A stretch of DNA of 64,000 nt from Neodothiora populina. Taxonomy: Eukaryota. Shown piece by piece: positions 37,094 through 50,273 of the stretch. Every line of letters begins with the position of its first letter. Position 1 is the stretch's first letter. Under the pieces are notes generated by a model. It was not told the DNA's origin. It saw only the letters and a list, made by a program, of their open reading frames with translations, and made no database searches. The stretch lies in the NCBI RefSeq assembly GCF_041146345.1, contig NW_027191405.1, positions 1,054,001-1,118,000 on the forward strand, given 5' to 3'. The position numbers were made by a program, and so were the translations under genes.

Positions 37094-40000
37094 TCAAGGC
37101 TCGACGTTATACTTCATCTTGACGCCCATAGCGGCGAGCTCGACATCGAGGTACTTGAGAACACCGGGGACAGCGAGGACCGTGACGTCCGAACCGCCCT
37201 TCCATCTCTCGCCCTGGCCGTCCTCCCAGCAGTCGGACTTTGCGTCGCCGGCGACCGCTTTCTTGCTGCAGCGCTTGCACCTGACGGAGCCCGGTTTTCG
37301 GCGATCGTACATGTTGACCGTGGGCGTCACGGACAGGAACGAGCCGCAGGACTTGCAGATCCAGGCTTTGGTGTAGTCAGAGCAGTTCATCAGACGATCT
37401 TGAAGCAGGAATGCGGTGCCGTGGGCGAGTAGCGCGTCGCGCTCCATCTCGCCGACACGGATACCGCCTCCCTTGGCTCTACCCTTGATGGGTTGCAAGG
37501 TCTTTTGCACGACAGGTCCCGTCGTGCGCACTTGGAACTTGTCGTTTACCATGTGACGGAGACGTTGGTAGTAGACGACTCCGACGTAGATGTCGGCGCC
37601 GAGCTCTTGGCCAGTGATTCCAGAGTACATTGGTTCGTTGCCGTAGAAGTTGAAGCCGGCGCGCTTGAGCTGATGACCGAAGTAGTCGACTGCGGTCTCG
37701 CCCTCGGCGTCTCTGAATTTGAAGGGCGTACTGTCCTGCGCGATACCGTGCAGAGCGCCAGACTTGCCGGCGAGAGACTCGACGAACATGCCGATTGTCA
37801 TACGCGAGGGGAAAGCGTGAGGGTTGATGATGACGTCGGGTTGCATGCCGCCTTCCGTGAATGGCATGTCGATTGCTGGCCACTTTTGCGAACAAACACC
37901 TTTTTGACCGTGACGAGACGAGAACTTGTCTCCGATGACGGGGGAACGGGGGATTCGTAGTCTGATGCTCAACATCTGACATGGCTCGTCGCCACCGGTC
38001 TCGGTTCCGATGAGTTTGATTTCCTCGACGTATGCTTCCTCGACGTCCTTGTACCTGTGCAGATGTGTGATGCCATCTCTGTTGACATACTCGCCAGTGA
38101 TGGGATCCTTAGTGACGCTGTGCGATGCGGCAATGATGTCGCCCTCCTTGACCTTCATGCCGACGGCGATAAGACCGTCGTCATCGAGAGTCTGGCGCCA
38201 TTGAGCCTTGACCAAACCGTCGGGAGCAAATCCCCATAGCTTAGTGACTTTAGTGCTGCGGCCACGGCGACCACCTGATTCTTCTGCCAAGTCAATCTTC
38301 TTGGTCTTGTAGACTGTTCCGTGGCCAAAGCCACGCTCGTGAGCAGACTTGTTGATAATCATAGCGTCGTCCATGTCGTAACCAGTATAAGAGATAACAG
38401 CAACGACAGCGTTGGTGCCATTAGGGAAGTTGTCGAGACCGTACTCGTTGTAAAGAGGCGGCCGCACGATAGGGGTCTGACCAGTTTGTAGGCGATATGA
38501 TTTGTTGTCGGTGCGGTACTTGAGCGCGGTTCCAGGAGTACCCATAGTCTGCTTACCCATTTGACACTGGTACATGTTACGAGGAGATTGATTGAAGTCG
38601 GAGAACGGGGTCTGGTTCGCGACGATGGAAAGAATATTCGTGGGATCGTACTCGACGTGTGTCGACTCTCCGGAGACGATCTCCTGCTCGGTACAGGCAA
38701 TAGACATGAAGGGCTGCTCGAAGGGTCCGACGAAATCCTCCTTGTCAAGGGGTAGGTACTTGACGGGTCTGAACATACGGGCGGACTGGGAGAACATGTA
38801 AATACCGGGATATTGACCACCGTGGGAGTTGGGAATGTAGCCGATCTCCAGTTCGTTGGGCACTTCGTGGCTGCCCTCGACCTTCCAGTAGCGAAGGGTA
38901 TCTGCGATGGTCTTCGCTTGCTCGGGAGAGCAGAATCCAAGGATACGCCCGTTGAGCTGCACAACGACACTGTCGTCGAGAGAAGCAGCGGATGTAGGAG
39001 TTACACCAAGCTGAGAGATGAGAGCCGGGATGCCACTGACATCTGCACTGCTGGTGGCGATCTTACACTTGTGGGCTAAATGGTTGAGCAGACCGCAGGG
39101 ACTACCGTCAGGGGTGTGTACCGGGCAGAGGAAGCCCCAACTCTCGGGAAGGAGCTTTCGAACAGTGGTTGTCTTGAGCTGAGCGAAGAAACTACCTCTG
39201 TGAACCATGCGGAAATGACTGATGAAGCGGTAAAAGTTGATCTTCTCAGCAACGACGGTGAAACCAGAAGTCTGTTGCAAGTCGAGACCTGAAGGACTGA
39301 CGAGGTTTCCGGTAGACAGAAAGTAGTCGAGAGCCTGGGCCAAGTTCTCATTGGTCCTCCGCAAGATTTTGGCGCCAAAATCACGCTCAAACTCGGGACT
39401 CGTCATAGGGGCCCAGTTGTTGTTCCTCCCCCAGTCACGGAGCACGAGACCGATGGATCCCAGCCACTCCTCGATGCGCTCCTTGACGATCATGCCGTAG
39501 AGAGTTCCAGGCAGCAAGATTTCCTGATTCTGAACAGCATCAGGATTGTCGACGGCACACTCGCCCTCGACGAGTGAGTAAAGCTTGCGGGTCATGAACA
39601 AAAGCATGCGGAACTTGTCGGCATCGATGAGATCCTTGTTGTCGGAGGCAGCGAGATGAGGCAAGACAATCTTGGAAAGGAAGACGGCGCCAGCGTCCTC
39701 ATCAGTCATGTCGTCGGACACGCCCAGCACGACTCTGAATTTGCTACCCAGATAAGCCCTGGTTTTTGATTTGCCGTGGAGGTTGTATGCCTTGTAAGTG
39801 CGAAGCAGAAGCTCAACACGATCTGTGACAAACTGCTTGCCCTCCAGTCCCTTGCTACCAGCGGGTCCGACCAAGCCCTCGAAGATCTCACGGTCGTTGG
39901 TCTCGACCAGAGCCTTGAAGATCATCATGACGGGAATGAGATACTCGTTCTTTCGCCACGAGAAACGGAAGGTGACGTTGCCATCGGTCAAGTAATGTAG

Positions 40001-40735
40001 CACGTTGGTCTGAGATGTCTGGTCCGGCCTGACGGAGCGGATCTGGATACCGTACTTGGTGTATGTGCTTCCTCTGTTCACAAAAGATGGACGGATGATG
40101 GCCATGGGGTAGTTGCGGCGGTTCACCACCAGCATTCGGACGAGTTTCTCGATACCGTTCACGATGAAATAACCACCGAGCTCCTCGGTCTCTTCGCGCT
40201 TGTCGACCAGCTCCTTAGGTGAAAGGCCTTCCAGATGGCAGCGACTCGAGCGTAACATGATGGGCATGGCGCCAAACTCTCGGAGACTCTCCTTCCATTC
40301 GCCCTCGTTGATTCGCCATTCGAATCTTCCTCTGAAGCGACCTCGGTAGGTGACGTGTCGTTCTCTGCACTCGACTGGCAGGATCTCTCTCTTCTTGTCG
40401 AGCTTATTTGAGGGGGGCAGGAGACTCTTCTCCATGAAGACTTCGCGCACACGGACCTGGAGTCTGTTGCGTCGTGCGCCGCCTTGGTTGGCCGTGTTCG
40501 GGTCCCCATCGAAGAAGGTCTTGGTGCCAATGTCGCGCAGAGCATGGTACAGCTGGCCGTTCTCGGCGAAGATAGCATTGAAGGACTCGATATGGGGAGC
40601 GATGGTGGCAGCGAGGGTAGGGTAGGCGGTCTTGTCCGAGGGAGGGTCACGGAAAAGACGCTGTCTCTTCACGGTGTCGAATTCTGTCGACCATTTGGAG
40701 TTGGCCGAAACGGCACTCTTGGATGACGGAGCCAT
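37094..40735 (-). CDS. RPA2: RNA polymerase I second-largest subunit, intronless
   Basis: GGYFIVNGIEK, KLLPESWGFLCPVHTPDG, YTGYDMDDAM, GDKFSSRHGQKG, GGIRVGEMERD and a C-terminal CxxC zinc site. Pol I-type sequence (RPA135). Confidence 0.97.
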   Translation of the reverse strand: MAPSSKSAVSANSKWSTEFDTVKRQRLFRDPPSDKTAYPTLAATIAPHIESFNAIFAENGQLYHALRDIGTKTFFDGDPNTANQGGARRNRLQVRVREVFMEKSLLPPSNKLDKKREILPVECRERHVTYRGRFRGRFEWRINEGEWKESLREFGAMPIMLRSSRCHLEGLSPKELVDKREETEELGGYFIVNGIEKLVRMLVVNRRNYPMAIIRPSFVNRGSTYTKYGIQIRSVRPDQTSQTNVLHYLTDGNVTFRFSWRKNEYLIPVMMIFKALVETNDREIFEGLVGPAGSKGLEGKQFVTDRVELLLRTYKAYNLHGKSKTRAYLGSKFRVVLGVSDDMTDEDAGAVFLSKIVLPHLAASDNKDLIDADKFRMLLFMTRKLYSLVEGECAVDNPDAVQNQEILLPGTLYGMIVKERIEEWLGSIGLVLRDWGRNNNWAPMTSPEFERDFGAKILRRTNENLAQALDYFLSTGNLVSPSGLDLQQTSGFTVVAEKINFYRFISHFRMVHRGSFFAQLKTTTVRKLLPESWGFLCPVHTPDGSPCGLLNHLAHKCKIATSSADVSGIPALISQLGVTPTSAASLDDSVVVQLNGRILGFCSPEQAKTIADTLRYWKVEGSHEVPNELEIGYIPNSHGGQYPGIYMFSQSARMFRPVKYLPLDKEDFVGPFEQPFMSIACTEQEIVSGESTHVEYDPTNILSIVANQTPFSDFNQSPRNMYQCQMGKQTMGTPGTALKYRTDNKSYRLQTGQTPIVRPPLYNEYGLDNFPNGTNAVVAVISYTGYDMDDAMIINKSAHERGFGHGTVYKTKKIDLAEESGGRRGRSTKVTKLWGFAPDGLVKAQWRQTLDDDGLIAVGMKVKEGDIIAASHSVTKDPITGEYVNRDGITHLHRYKDVEEAYVEEIKLIGTETGGDEPCQMLSIRLRIPRSPVIGDKFSSRHGQKGVCSQKWPAIDMPFTEGGMQPDVIINPHAFPSRMTIGMFVESLAGKSGALHGIAQDSTPFKFRDAEGETAVDYFGHQLKRAGFNFYGNEPMYSGITGQELGADIYVGVVYYQRLRHMVNDKFQVRTTGPVVQKTLQPIKGRAKGGGIRVGEMERDALLAHGTAFLLQDRLMNCSDYTKAWICKSCGSFLSVTPTVNMYDRRKPGSVRCKRCSKKAVAGDAKSDCWEDGQGERWKGGSDVTVLAVPGVLKYLDVELAAMGVKMKYNVEP

Positions 40736-40963
40736 GGCCTTGCAGTGTGTACTGCGCCTTTCGTTATATCAGGTCAATGGGCTGACCAGCATGGGCTGGT
40801 GGTAGTCAGGATAGACCAGAGACCGATGTGGCTCGGGACACTATAGTGAAGATGCAGAAGTGAAGCAAAGACGAAGATGAAGACTTGCAGTGAATGAAGC
40901 GACTATTGCTCCCGAGATGATGTGAAAGTGTCAAGCTTCATGCGTAGCAAGTGACGCCGATAC

Positions 40964-41086
40964 TTGAAATTTCAAATGAAGCAATTGATAAAAACAGCAC
41001 AGAATTTGGTACAGAGTTGATACAGAACTGGAAGTGTTTGAGCGTCTTTCGAGTCCGAAAATTCGGACATGGGCTTATCGATAAGC
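40964..41086. promoter_or_regulatory. Cluster of palindromic elements upstream of RPA2 (RRPE-like and GATAAG-type)
   Basis: TTGAAATTTCAA 40964-40975, GTCCGAA-AA-TTCGGAC 41053-41068, GCTTATCGATAAGC 41073-41086. Function inferred. Confidence 0.5.
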
Positions 41087-42173
41087 GGCAGCCATTACTT
41101 TCCCTCTCACAACTCCGACTCTCCCTCCATACGGACCCTCTTCTAGCGATACCTTGCTCTACAAGTACTTGGTACTACTGTACTACAGCAATGTGCAGCA
41201 GAAGCCTGGAGCCTGGAGCCTGGAGCTTGGAGCTTTTCCGATTCTTGGGGTCCTCATCCTGACCTCAGCATCTCCTACCCTACTCCACAGTACTCTGTAG
41301 TAAGCTGAACAACAGTACCCTAAGAACCAGACGCACAGAAGGACCTTCTACGGTATGTCTCCTTGATACTGCTGTATACCTGATCGTCCAAGTACGACTC
41401 GGTACTCCTCAGCACGGCAAGAACAACGCAGTACTGTGTCCCATACAGTAGATGATGTCTGCCCTGTGCAATAATAGCAAAACCACTGCTGCACTAGTAC
41501 ATTAAAGTACTAGTACGCGGGCAGGGCAAGGTTGCTTTACTGTACTGTACATACGGAGCACAGTGCAATACCCGCTGTGCAGTGCAGCAAGTGACCACGC
41601 GAGCCACGGTACAAGCACGGTACAAGTAGGCAAGGTCCCTTCCTGACGCCTTAGCCCCCCCCAGAGCTGCCAACCACATGTGGCAAGCGGCCGCTCGTTA
41701 TGCAGGACCTCGGATGCTGAACCATCGTCAATACAATCAATATCGTCGCTTGTCTCTCTGTCTGTGTATAGTGTGAACTACCTGGCCAGCCATCACTCTA
41801 GATCTCCGTGCCTCATCACTGCTGCTGATCGCATTCTTACCGCATATTCATCGACTCTGCATCATACCGACCATCTCTTGTTAACGCTTGCGACTTTAGC
41901 GCTGCCTGCATCCAGTGCCATCTTGCCCGGTTCCTATCTTGTTGACACGCATTGCGCCTTTAATCGTGCATACAACTAGGCAACGAGCCTATCCGCGCCC
42001 GTCCCACTTTTGTCATTTCTTACATCAGTCACTCGATATTGGTACACAATCTCTGCCTTGCTCCATCCTAGCTGGACCACCTTGTCTTCATCTCACCCGA
42101 CTGCCTCTGCCTCGTGTGACCGTCCTCTAGTCTCGCCTTTGCCACCACTTCGACACACGAAACACCAACGATA

Positions 42174-43072
42174 ATGGCGGGCATATTCAGGCGTCTGTAC
42201 GACTGGTTGCTGAGTCTCTTTTGGTGAGCCATCACCATGATCTTCCAGGTCCTTTTTCATCGCCTTGCTTATCCGCCTTCTTTTACTTAGGGCCACAGAG
42301 ATGGATGTGACCATGATAGGTCTACAGAATGCCGGTAAAACTTCACTGCTCAGAGTGTTAGCTGTAAGTTTCGCACCTTGTCTCGACGTATATCTTGACC
42401 ATCGCGCGCTAATCCATCGTGCAGGGCGGTGAATTCACCATAGAGTAAGCTTCGCCTACCTGTGTCCCTCGACTTTAAGCTAACATGCGTAAAAGCTCCA
42501 TACCAACCGTTGGATTCAACATGAAACGTGTTACCAAAGGTCATGTGACTCTGAAATGGTAGGTGGAGCGCTTCCCCTGCCTATCGTGTAATGTCTTCTT
42601 CCTCCCTGTGTCTGCGCATGTTTTCAAGCCAAGAATGACCATGTGGCTATCCGAATGCTTGACTAACGCAGAAAAGCTGGGATCTGGGTGGTCAACCTAG
42701 ATTCAGGTCCATGTGGGAACGATATTGCCGGGGCGTCAACGCCATTGTGTGAGTCTCCCCTGAGCCTGTCGACCTTCCGTTCTCTGACTAGCCTCTAGCT
42801 TCATCGTTGATTCGGCTGATAAAGATGCTTTGCCGGTTGCGCGTGAAGAGCTCCATGTCTTGCTCGAGAAACCAGCCCTGGAGGGTATACCGATCCTGAT
42901 CCTTGGTAACAAGTCGGACTTGCCAGACCATCTGTCGGTTGACGAGCTCATTGATGCTCTCAATCTTAAAGCGATCACGCATCGCGAGGTCAGCTGCTAC
43001 GGCATCAGTGCCAAAGAGGAGACGAATCTGGACGCAGTGTTGCAATGGCTGATTGCTCGCTCGACGAAGTAG
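42174..43072 (+). CDS. ARL8: Arf-like GTPase 8 (6 exons)
   Basis: MAGIFRRLYDWLLSLFW, IGLQNAGKTS, IPTVGFNM, WDLGGQPRFRSMWERYCRGV, LGNKSDL, CYGISAKE. Confidence 0.94.
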
Positions 43073-44354
43073 AAGCGCTCTTGCATCGCGAATCCAGAGG
43101 CTATCTGTAGAGCCTGTAGGTCGTGGAAGCCTGCGAATCATGAGAAATGACCGCTTGACATGGTGCATCGGCAGCGACCTGACTTATATTCTCTTCTTTC
43201 TTGGTTGATGAGCATCTTTTAGACAACTTGGAGATACACGGGTCAAACAGTACCGGAGGTCAGCGATGGCTTTGCATGCGCCGGTGTCTATTTTGCGCGA
43301 AAGTTCATATATCAAATCAAATCTTGGCCTGGCAATGACTATTCGAGAAATGAAGGAAAACCAGACCTTCGTACGTTTTTGACTCTACACAAATTCACAC
43401 GAGACAGCAGGACGTAACGTAAGAGTAATATTGGTTCATCGAATAGGGGGGATTGGGCTGCCCTTAATAGCTACTGGGCGTGTGGCTTATGTGCTGGCAG
43501 CATCATGCGTTGGCAATACGTTGTGAAACCTGCAGCCCTACTGCAATGGGCAAGATAGTCAAAGAAACCAGAACGTCCCTTATGGAGTCAACGCTGATAA
43601 GATAAACATATAAGCATATTACAGAGGGTGGCTAGTGGACCATCAGCTCGGTCATGATCATCATTTACAGTATGGTGTTGAATGGTAGGACAGAAATGTC
43701 AAGGAAAAGGTAGATAAGCGAGTACGTTAGAGGCCGGCTCCATCTCATGCTAAGGTACCTTAGGCTTCGATGTACTCCAGCGGCGCAGTCGAACCATGAC
43801 TCAAGAACCTGAGACATGACCCACGCCCCCCAAGTGGCGGTGCGCTGAGCCATGAGCGCACACCCAAGCCCTCGATGGATTCGGTGAATCCTCCTCCTCC
43901 GCCATCAGGGCAATCCCACAAAACACATCTCCGCAGCTTTTTACATACAGTATTTGGATTTCAATATCCATGATCTCATCGCGCGAACAAATCGTGATGC
44001 ACTGTCCAAGAATCAAGTACGTAGGTTTGCCTGGGCTGTGCAATGCAGATATGATCGACAAAGGGACAATTCTCAATCCGGTAACAGAAAAAAACAGAGG
44101 CACAGTAAGGTAGAAACACCACGGCACCAAGCTTGCCGCGCTGCCCAGATCTTGGAGTAACGTAAGGTACCTAAAAGGTTTGGAAATCGAAAGCCGTTTG
44201 TACCGCCTTGCGCATCGTCGTCACTGTGAGACTCCGCCACGTTGGTTGGCTTTCACATTCCTACAAGATTCTCTTTAACTTGACGTCCTCTCGCTCTTCG
44301 CTGTGACTTCATCATCTTGATACCATAACTCCATCGTCTTTGCCAAACAAAACA

Positions 44355-44999
44355 ATGGCCCCCACACTGCTATCGAACACCTTACTACCCCGCTACATAT
44401 ACGGCTACAAGTGAGTTTCGCGCGATAATGGCTTTGCTTACAGTCTGCTGATCTTTCAACAGCAACTGCTATTATGGCAATTGTACTTCAAGCCGTTGGT
44501 CTTCTTGGGGCAGAGTAAGCGTCGCCATGAGAGCAGCAACGATATCGTTATACTGATGATCCTTCTAGTGGGTGCTTCTTGGCTGCCTGATTGCTGCTGC
44601 CATCATCCTCTTCTTCCTCTTCTCGTGAGTTTTATTTATCGCATGGTGTTAATTGCTTTGGCTCTTTAATGCTGATATCTTGCGATTAGCTGCCTCACTG
44701 CGAGGAGAAGACGCCGTCAGGGCTATGCGCCATACCGTGGCACAGGCTGGGCCCTAGCTGGTCATGGTCCTGCGCAGTACACGTCTCAGCCGCATTACGG
44801 AAATGGAGCTCAGCCGATGCAGCAACAGCGTCCTTACTACAACAACAGTAACAACCCACCTCCACCACCTGCCTACACCCCGCCTGCCAATCAATCTTAC
44901 TATGGCAACAATCCCAACATCGAATTGCAGCAGCCCGAGACTGCATACTCCGGCCAATATGCGCCACCCAAGGACCCTCCCCCTCACGTTGTGAGGTAG
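44355..44999 (+). CDS. Small single-pass membrane protein, RCR1/Congo-red-resistance-like (4 exons)
   Basis: Spliced CYYGNCTSSRWSSWGRWVLLGCLIAAAIILFFLFSCLTARRRRRQGYAPYRGTGW, followed by a Pro/Tyr-rich tail with PPAY. Confidence 0.75.
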
Positions 45000-46087
45000 A
45001 TCTGCCGAGTCTGATCGGAAGAACTTATCAATTTCTTTTTCTTTTCTTGTATCAGTGCGCATTGCAGGAGCCTTTATGAGGGACAGGCTTTGTGTTGAAA
45101 GGGCGTCTTACGGCCTCGAGGTTACGATTGCACGTTCTTTCACTTCTTACTTTAATGCTATTATTAATGCTACTATGATCATCAATCTCCAGTGTAATTG
45201 ACAATATTTGTCAAAACAGCTTTGTCTCATCTGAGAACAGCAGTTGCAGTCCTCTGTATATGCTGCCAGACATGTCGCAAGATGTAAAATAGTGGTAAAT
45301 AACGTCGTCGCTTCCGATTTTCGAGTGTCGGAGCCTGCTGCGCCGCGAACACAGTGGATTGTTGGATCATGGTATGGACTACGTCACTATCCGGGGAGCT
45401 GTGATATACCTCGGTCCAGCAAGCAAGATTGTCTCGCAAGCTCAGCAGACGAATTGATGGACATCCCATGACTACAGGTTCTAGTTGTTCGTCCAAATTG
45501 TAAGAACTCTCGAAGATAGAGTCATATGATTACTTCCTGTACTTTACATAGTTGACTGCTGCAATGGTTGAAAGAGAAAGACCTTAAAAACTTAACGTAC
45601 TGCTGCTGTTGGACCTCGGCAGCGTCCAGAGCGATATAATGAATTGGACCCCTTCTCAGGACTTCGACTATCGAAACGTGCTTTAATTTTTCTTTCTCTC
45701 GCAACAGATCACACAGTTAGTCGTGCACTAGTGACACCACTAAAATTTCCTTTCGCTGCCCCCAGTTTTTTCTACTTTCGAAAGGGTTCGATTATTAAGC
45801 CGGCGTACGCACATGTCTCGTGGCAGAGAGCAATGAGGCGTCAATGGACATGTATCGTCGGATATCGAAGACTTGGGGAGCTCAGCTTTGGGCACGCGAG
45901 ATAGTATTGGCGATGGAAGCGAATGTGTTTATAAACGTCTTTATGTCCACCATTATTACAAGTTCCTGTTGATTAATACTTCTTGATCTTCACTTTACTC
46001 TATTACTGTGATTGCCATACATCTATACTCATACTCTGTATACCGTGTTTTAACTTTCACACACTACTACCACATAACTGAATCATC

Positions 46088-47285
46088 ATGAGCCCCTCAA
46101 CCATGCAAGCTATCAGAATGACCGCGCCTACAAAGGCCGAGGTCCAGACTGTTCCTCTTCCCAAACTTCGTGACGACTATGTCCTTGTCAAGGTCGAGGC
46201 TGTGGCCTTGAACCCCACTGGTCAGTAATTGCCCATTGTCCCTATCTGTAATTACAAAAGGGAGACAAACCCCAGATCATTGACTCGAGTTACTGACGGC
46301 AACGACGTAGACTGGAAGCACATCAAGTGGCTCTCCAAGCCCGGCAACACCATCGGTTGCGACTACGCCGGCACCGTCGTCGAGGTCGGCTCCAAGGTGA
46401 CCAAGGCCTGGAAGAAGGGCGACCGCATCGCGGGATTCACCCACGGTGGCAACGAGGTCGAGAACGAGGATGGCTGCTTCGCAGAGTACTGCGTGGCCAA
46501 GGGCGACCTCCAGATGAAGATCCCCGACAACCTGTCTTTCACCGAGGCCGCCACTCTCGGTGTCGGTGTCACCACCGTCGGCCAGGCTCTCTGCCAGAGT
46601 CTCGGTCTTCCTCTCCCTACCGAGCCCACTAAGGAGCAGACCCCTCTGCTCATCTACGGTGGTTCCACTGCCACCGGTGTCCTCGCTATCCAATATGCCA
46701 AGCTGTGAGTAGTCATGACTGGAAACCAGAGACAGTGAAACAATGACAAGATATGCTGACTTGACCCCCCACAGCGCCGGCCTAAAGGTCATCGTGACAT
46801 GCTCGCCCCACAACTTCGACTTCGTCAAGTCCCTGGGCGCCGACGCAGCATTCGACTACAAGTCGCCCGACTGCGCCAAGCAGATCAGAGAGTACACGAA
46901 CGACAGCCTGACGCATGTCTTCGACACCATCTCCGAGGGCGACTCACCCAAGATCAGCGCCGAGGCCATCTCGTCCAAGGGCGGCGTCATCTCTTACCTC
47001 TTGCCCGCCAAGTCCCCCCGTGAAGACGTCGAGGACAAGCAGACGCTCGGCTACACCGTCGTCGGCGAGTACTTCAAGTTCGGACCCATGGAGTTCCAGC
47101 CCATCCCCGAGAACTTCGAGTTCGGCAAGATGTGGTGGGCGCTCAGCGAGAAGCTCTTCGCTGAGGGCAAGGTCAAGGTCCACAAGACCGAGGTCCGCGA
47201 GGGTGGTATCCCTGCCATTTTCGGTGGTCTCAAGGATCTCGAGGACGGCAAGGTCTCGGGAAAGAAGCTCGTCTACACCATCTAA
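46088..47285 (+). CDS. MDR-superfamily enoyl reductase-like oxidoreductase (ToxD-like), 3 exons
   Basis: VKVEAVALNPTDWKH, IGCDYAGTV, LLIYGGSTATG, LGADAAFDY, GKVSGKKLVY; strong C-ending codon bias. Confidence 0.9.
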
Positions 47286-47690
47286 ATGTAGATCGCAAGA
47301 AAGGCATGAGCAGTCGAAACCGATTAACGAATGTTAGGAATAAAAAAAAAGATATGCGCAATGCTACTGAGATTACTTTTTGAGAGAAATGAGCATAGCA
47401 TTATAAATATAGATTCAGTAATAACGACAGATTTTTTTTCCAAAACAAAACCCCTACGCCGCATCACGAGATCATATATCATGTCACATCATTCCATTCC
47501 TTCCAAGAAATGTGAACCTTTTCGTGGCATCGTCTTTCAATTTGTCTGCTTTATTCGTACGGACTGATGAGTGAATTGTACAAAGTGTTTAAGGGAACTT
47601 TGCGTCAGTCAGCACCAGATCGACGGTTCAAGCATGAGGTTTTAGGAGCAGCGACGGATCACTTACATTTGTTGGTCATGGCTGGCATCG

Positions 47691-48703
47691 TCAGGGCTCT
47701 CCCGGCCCACTGACCTTGATCTGTGGCGTCGGTGCCGGTGGGCTGCCATTGGCGTTCTGTCGAGCACGTCGCCATTTCAACACGGGTACTCTTTGATCAC
47801 CCTTTCGAGAAGCGAGTACCAGTCAGCGTTTGATTCCTTAAATCAATTTTGGAGATTTCCGTCATTGTTCCAACGCAAGATTTGACAAGATGTACATACC
47901 TTGATCTCAGTGGGTGCTTCACTACCCAGCACAAGTAGGTCATCGTCTTCCTCAAATTTCCATGTCCGTATTTGTACGTCTTTCAGCCAGCCAGGAAGAT
48001 TGCAGACCTGGAAAGTATGTCTGAGCACTTCTTCCCTCCCAGGTCCCTCGTCGCTGATGTAGTACGGTCCGGCGTAACAGAAACTCCTCTTGCCCGCTTC
48101 TGCCCACTGCGCTTCTTCTCCTTCGCCCCTTTTGAACGGTGCTTGACCAGGTATCATCATGTGTGCGCTCATGTAACCGTCCGGTGTATACATGATGATG
48201 CCGGTGACAGCCTTCGTCATGGGATATGTGGGCCGCAGAATCTTACATGATGGAGTAGGATACGCGACATAAGACTCGAGAAGCCAGGTGCCTATTAGAC
48301 GCTCTCGTAAAGTCGGTCGCGGTGACGGACTTGAGCGGGTGGACAACGTGTACAAGTCACCATTCAGATCAACTTTTGGCTCCGTGATAGTGATGCTTAG
48401 GTCATCATTTACGAACAGGCTGTCATGTCGTCGGATGCAGTCCACCTCGGGGGTGGTTCTCGGCGTTGCAGGGGCGTATGTGCTCTTTGTCTGTGAGCTA
48501 TAGCTAAGACGTCGTTCATGAACATCTGCCATGGCAGATGAGGTAGGAATAGGAGACGGCAAACGGGCCTTTGATGGTCGGGATTCTACCGCCTCGATCC
48601 CTCTGGACCTCGACCCGGATCTTGATCTTGATCTGCGATAAGGCAGAACTCTCGGAACCTGCAGATACCGTGTCTTCGTGGTACAAATTACTTCGCTAGG
48701 CAT
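47691..48703 (-). CDS. Lipocalin-like domain protein with a disordered Ser/Arg-rich N-terminus (2 exons)
   Basis: LIGTWLLESY, GIIMYTPDGYMSA, YAGPYY; last exon VPVLKWRRA ends at TGA 47691-47693. Confidence 0.75.
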
Positions 48704-50273
48704 GAGGACGACTTGAGCTGCTCAACTTGATGAAACTACGAATGCGCAATATATCAAAATCGAGGTTGGTGAATATGGGATTCTCGTGCTGCTTCCTTCA
48801 CGATGAAAAGGCCATAGCACGGGATAACAAGAGACTGCATGTGACAGTGAGGAGACATGACTGTAGCGACGAGAACTTACTAGCATTACGGCTACTCATG
48901 TTCCGGGACTGGTCGTGTGGACATCAAAGTAGTGATCGAGAATGAGCCAAATTTCGGAGAATGCGGAGTGTCCGAGAAGCATTGACGGGCGTGCATACAA
49001 TTCTTGACCAAGGTCACCCATAAAATCGCTGGTTTATTCGAGGGCCGGGTCCATTGACCAGGTATATGGCAGCTTGGACATATCGATCCATGTCGAATAT
49101 TGCCTATCGCGGAACGATGATGAGCACATCGTCTAAATCATATTACATCATATTCACGTGGCCCGATAGAAGGATGTCAGAAGCGTCGACAATCACGAGT
49201 AATCACCTACATAAAAGTGGAGGATCAGACACGATACATTGCCTTTCCGCATGCTGGGATGATCGAAATTTTGCAGGACAGCCTTGTCATGCGCCTTGCC
49301 GCCCTACACTGTGTCTAAGTAAGGTAAGGTAGGCAGTCATGTGGGGGTGAGATGTGAGGGATGGATGATAGACAGCTCGCGGGCAAACAATCACCCGAGA
49401 TCGTAGGCCAAGACCTAGGGGCTACGGTCCGCCAACCCGAACACTATCTGGTGTTTTTGATCTTGGGGTAAATAAATAGTACGCTCTTGGCAGCCTACCT
49501 CATTGTAAGTACACCTTACCCTACTCTGGAAGGATCCCATGACTCTAACTCCCTTCCAAGACGTTGTGGCTATAGAGCTAACGTCGGCAGATCTTGCTTG
49601 TGGATTGAACATGTCGGGGACAACCGGATGATTGCAGTAATTCCGCTGTCGTAACAGCAATTGTAGATGAGGGGCATCAAGCCACGATTTGGAGCTCTAC
49701 CTGGTCAGTACCGTGCCTCTGGCCAGAACACTGCGTTCTTCCTCTATCATCAACGCGTAGGTCCTCAATAGCTGTGAACTTAGTATGAGTGGGTAAGTAC
49801 AAACTATTATTTTTACATGTCGAGGCTTTCCATCGCGAAGAGGACTAGAGAGAACCACTGGTTTCAGGCACCACTTAGCTTGACTTGGCCTGAGAGTTGT
49901 AAGCCTCAATTTCAAGACCATCGCTGTCTAAGCCCCTCCCTGCATATCCGCGTGTCCGTCGTCCATAGGGAAGTCGGGACGAATCACCCAACCCCCTCCA
50001 ACAGCTCCGCGTGTCCGTTACCACCATTGATACTTGTCAATCTTTCAAACGGTATGGATTCCTGTCCTGTGGGCCCTTCTGGCCGGTCTATCAACAATAC
50101 CCCGCGCTCCTCAGCTCTTCAGGCGGGGTTGGAGAAGCTGCAAAAGTCAGAGATAAATGTCTGCATGTCCTGCCTACCAGTCGAGTTAGTCCTCCATATT
50201 ACACAGCTCGATTAGACATCAGCAGTACAGTACAATCAAGACAATACCCAACCCGAAGCACCTACAAGTCACA

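Noticed and set aside
37119..40726. Many overlapping and antisense ORFs within RPA2 (likewise in THI4, the ToxD-like gene, FCP1 and the DsbA-like gene)
   Set aside because: Expected shadows of strong GC3 codon bias; they show no protein motifs.
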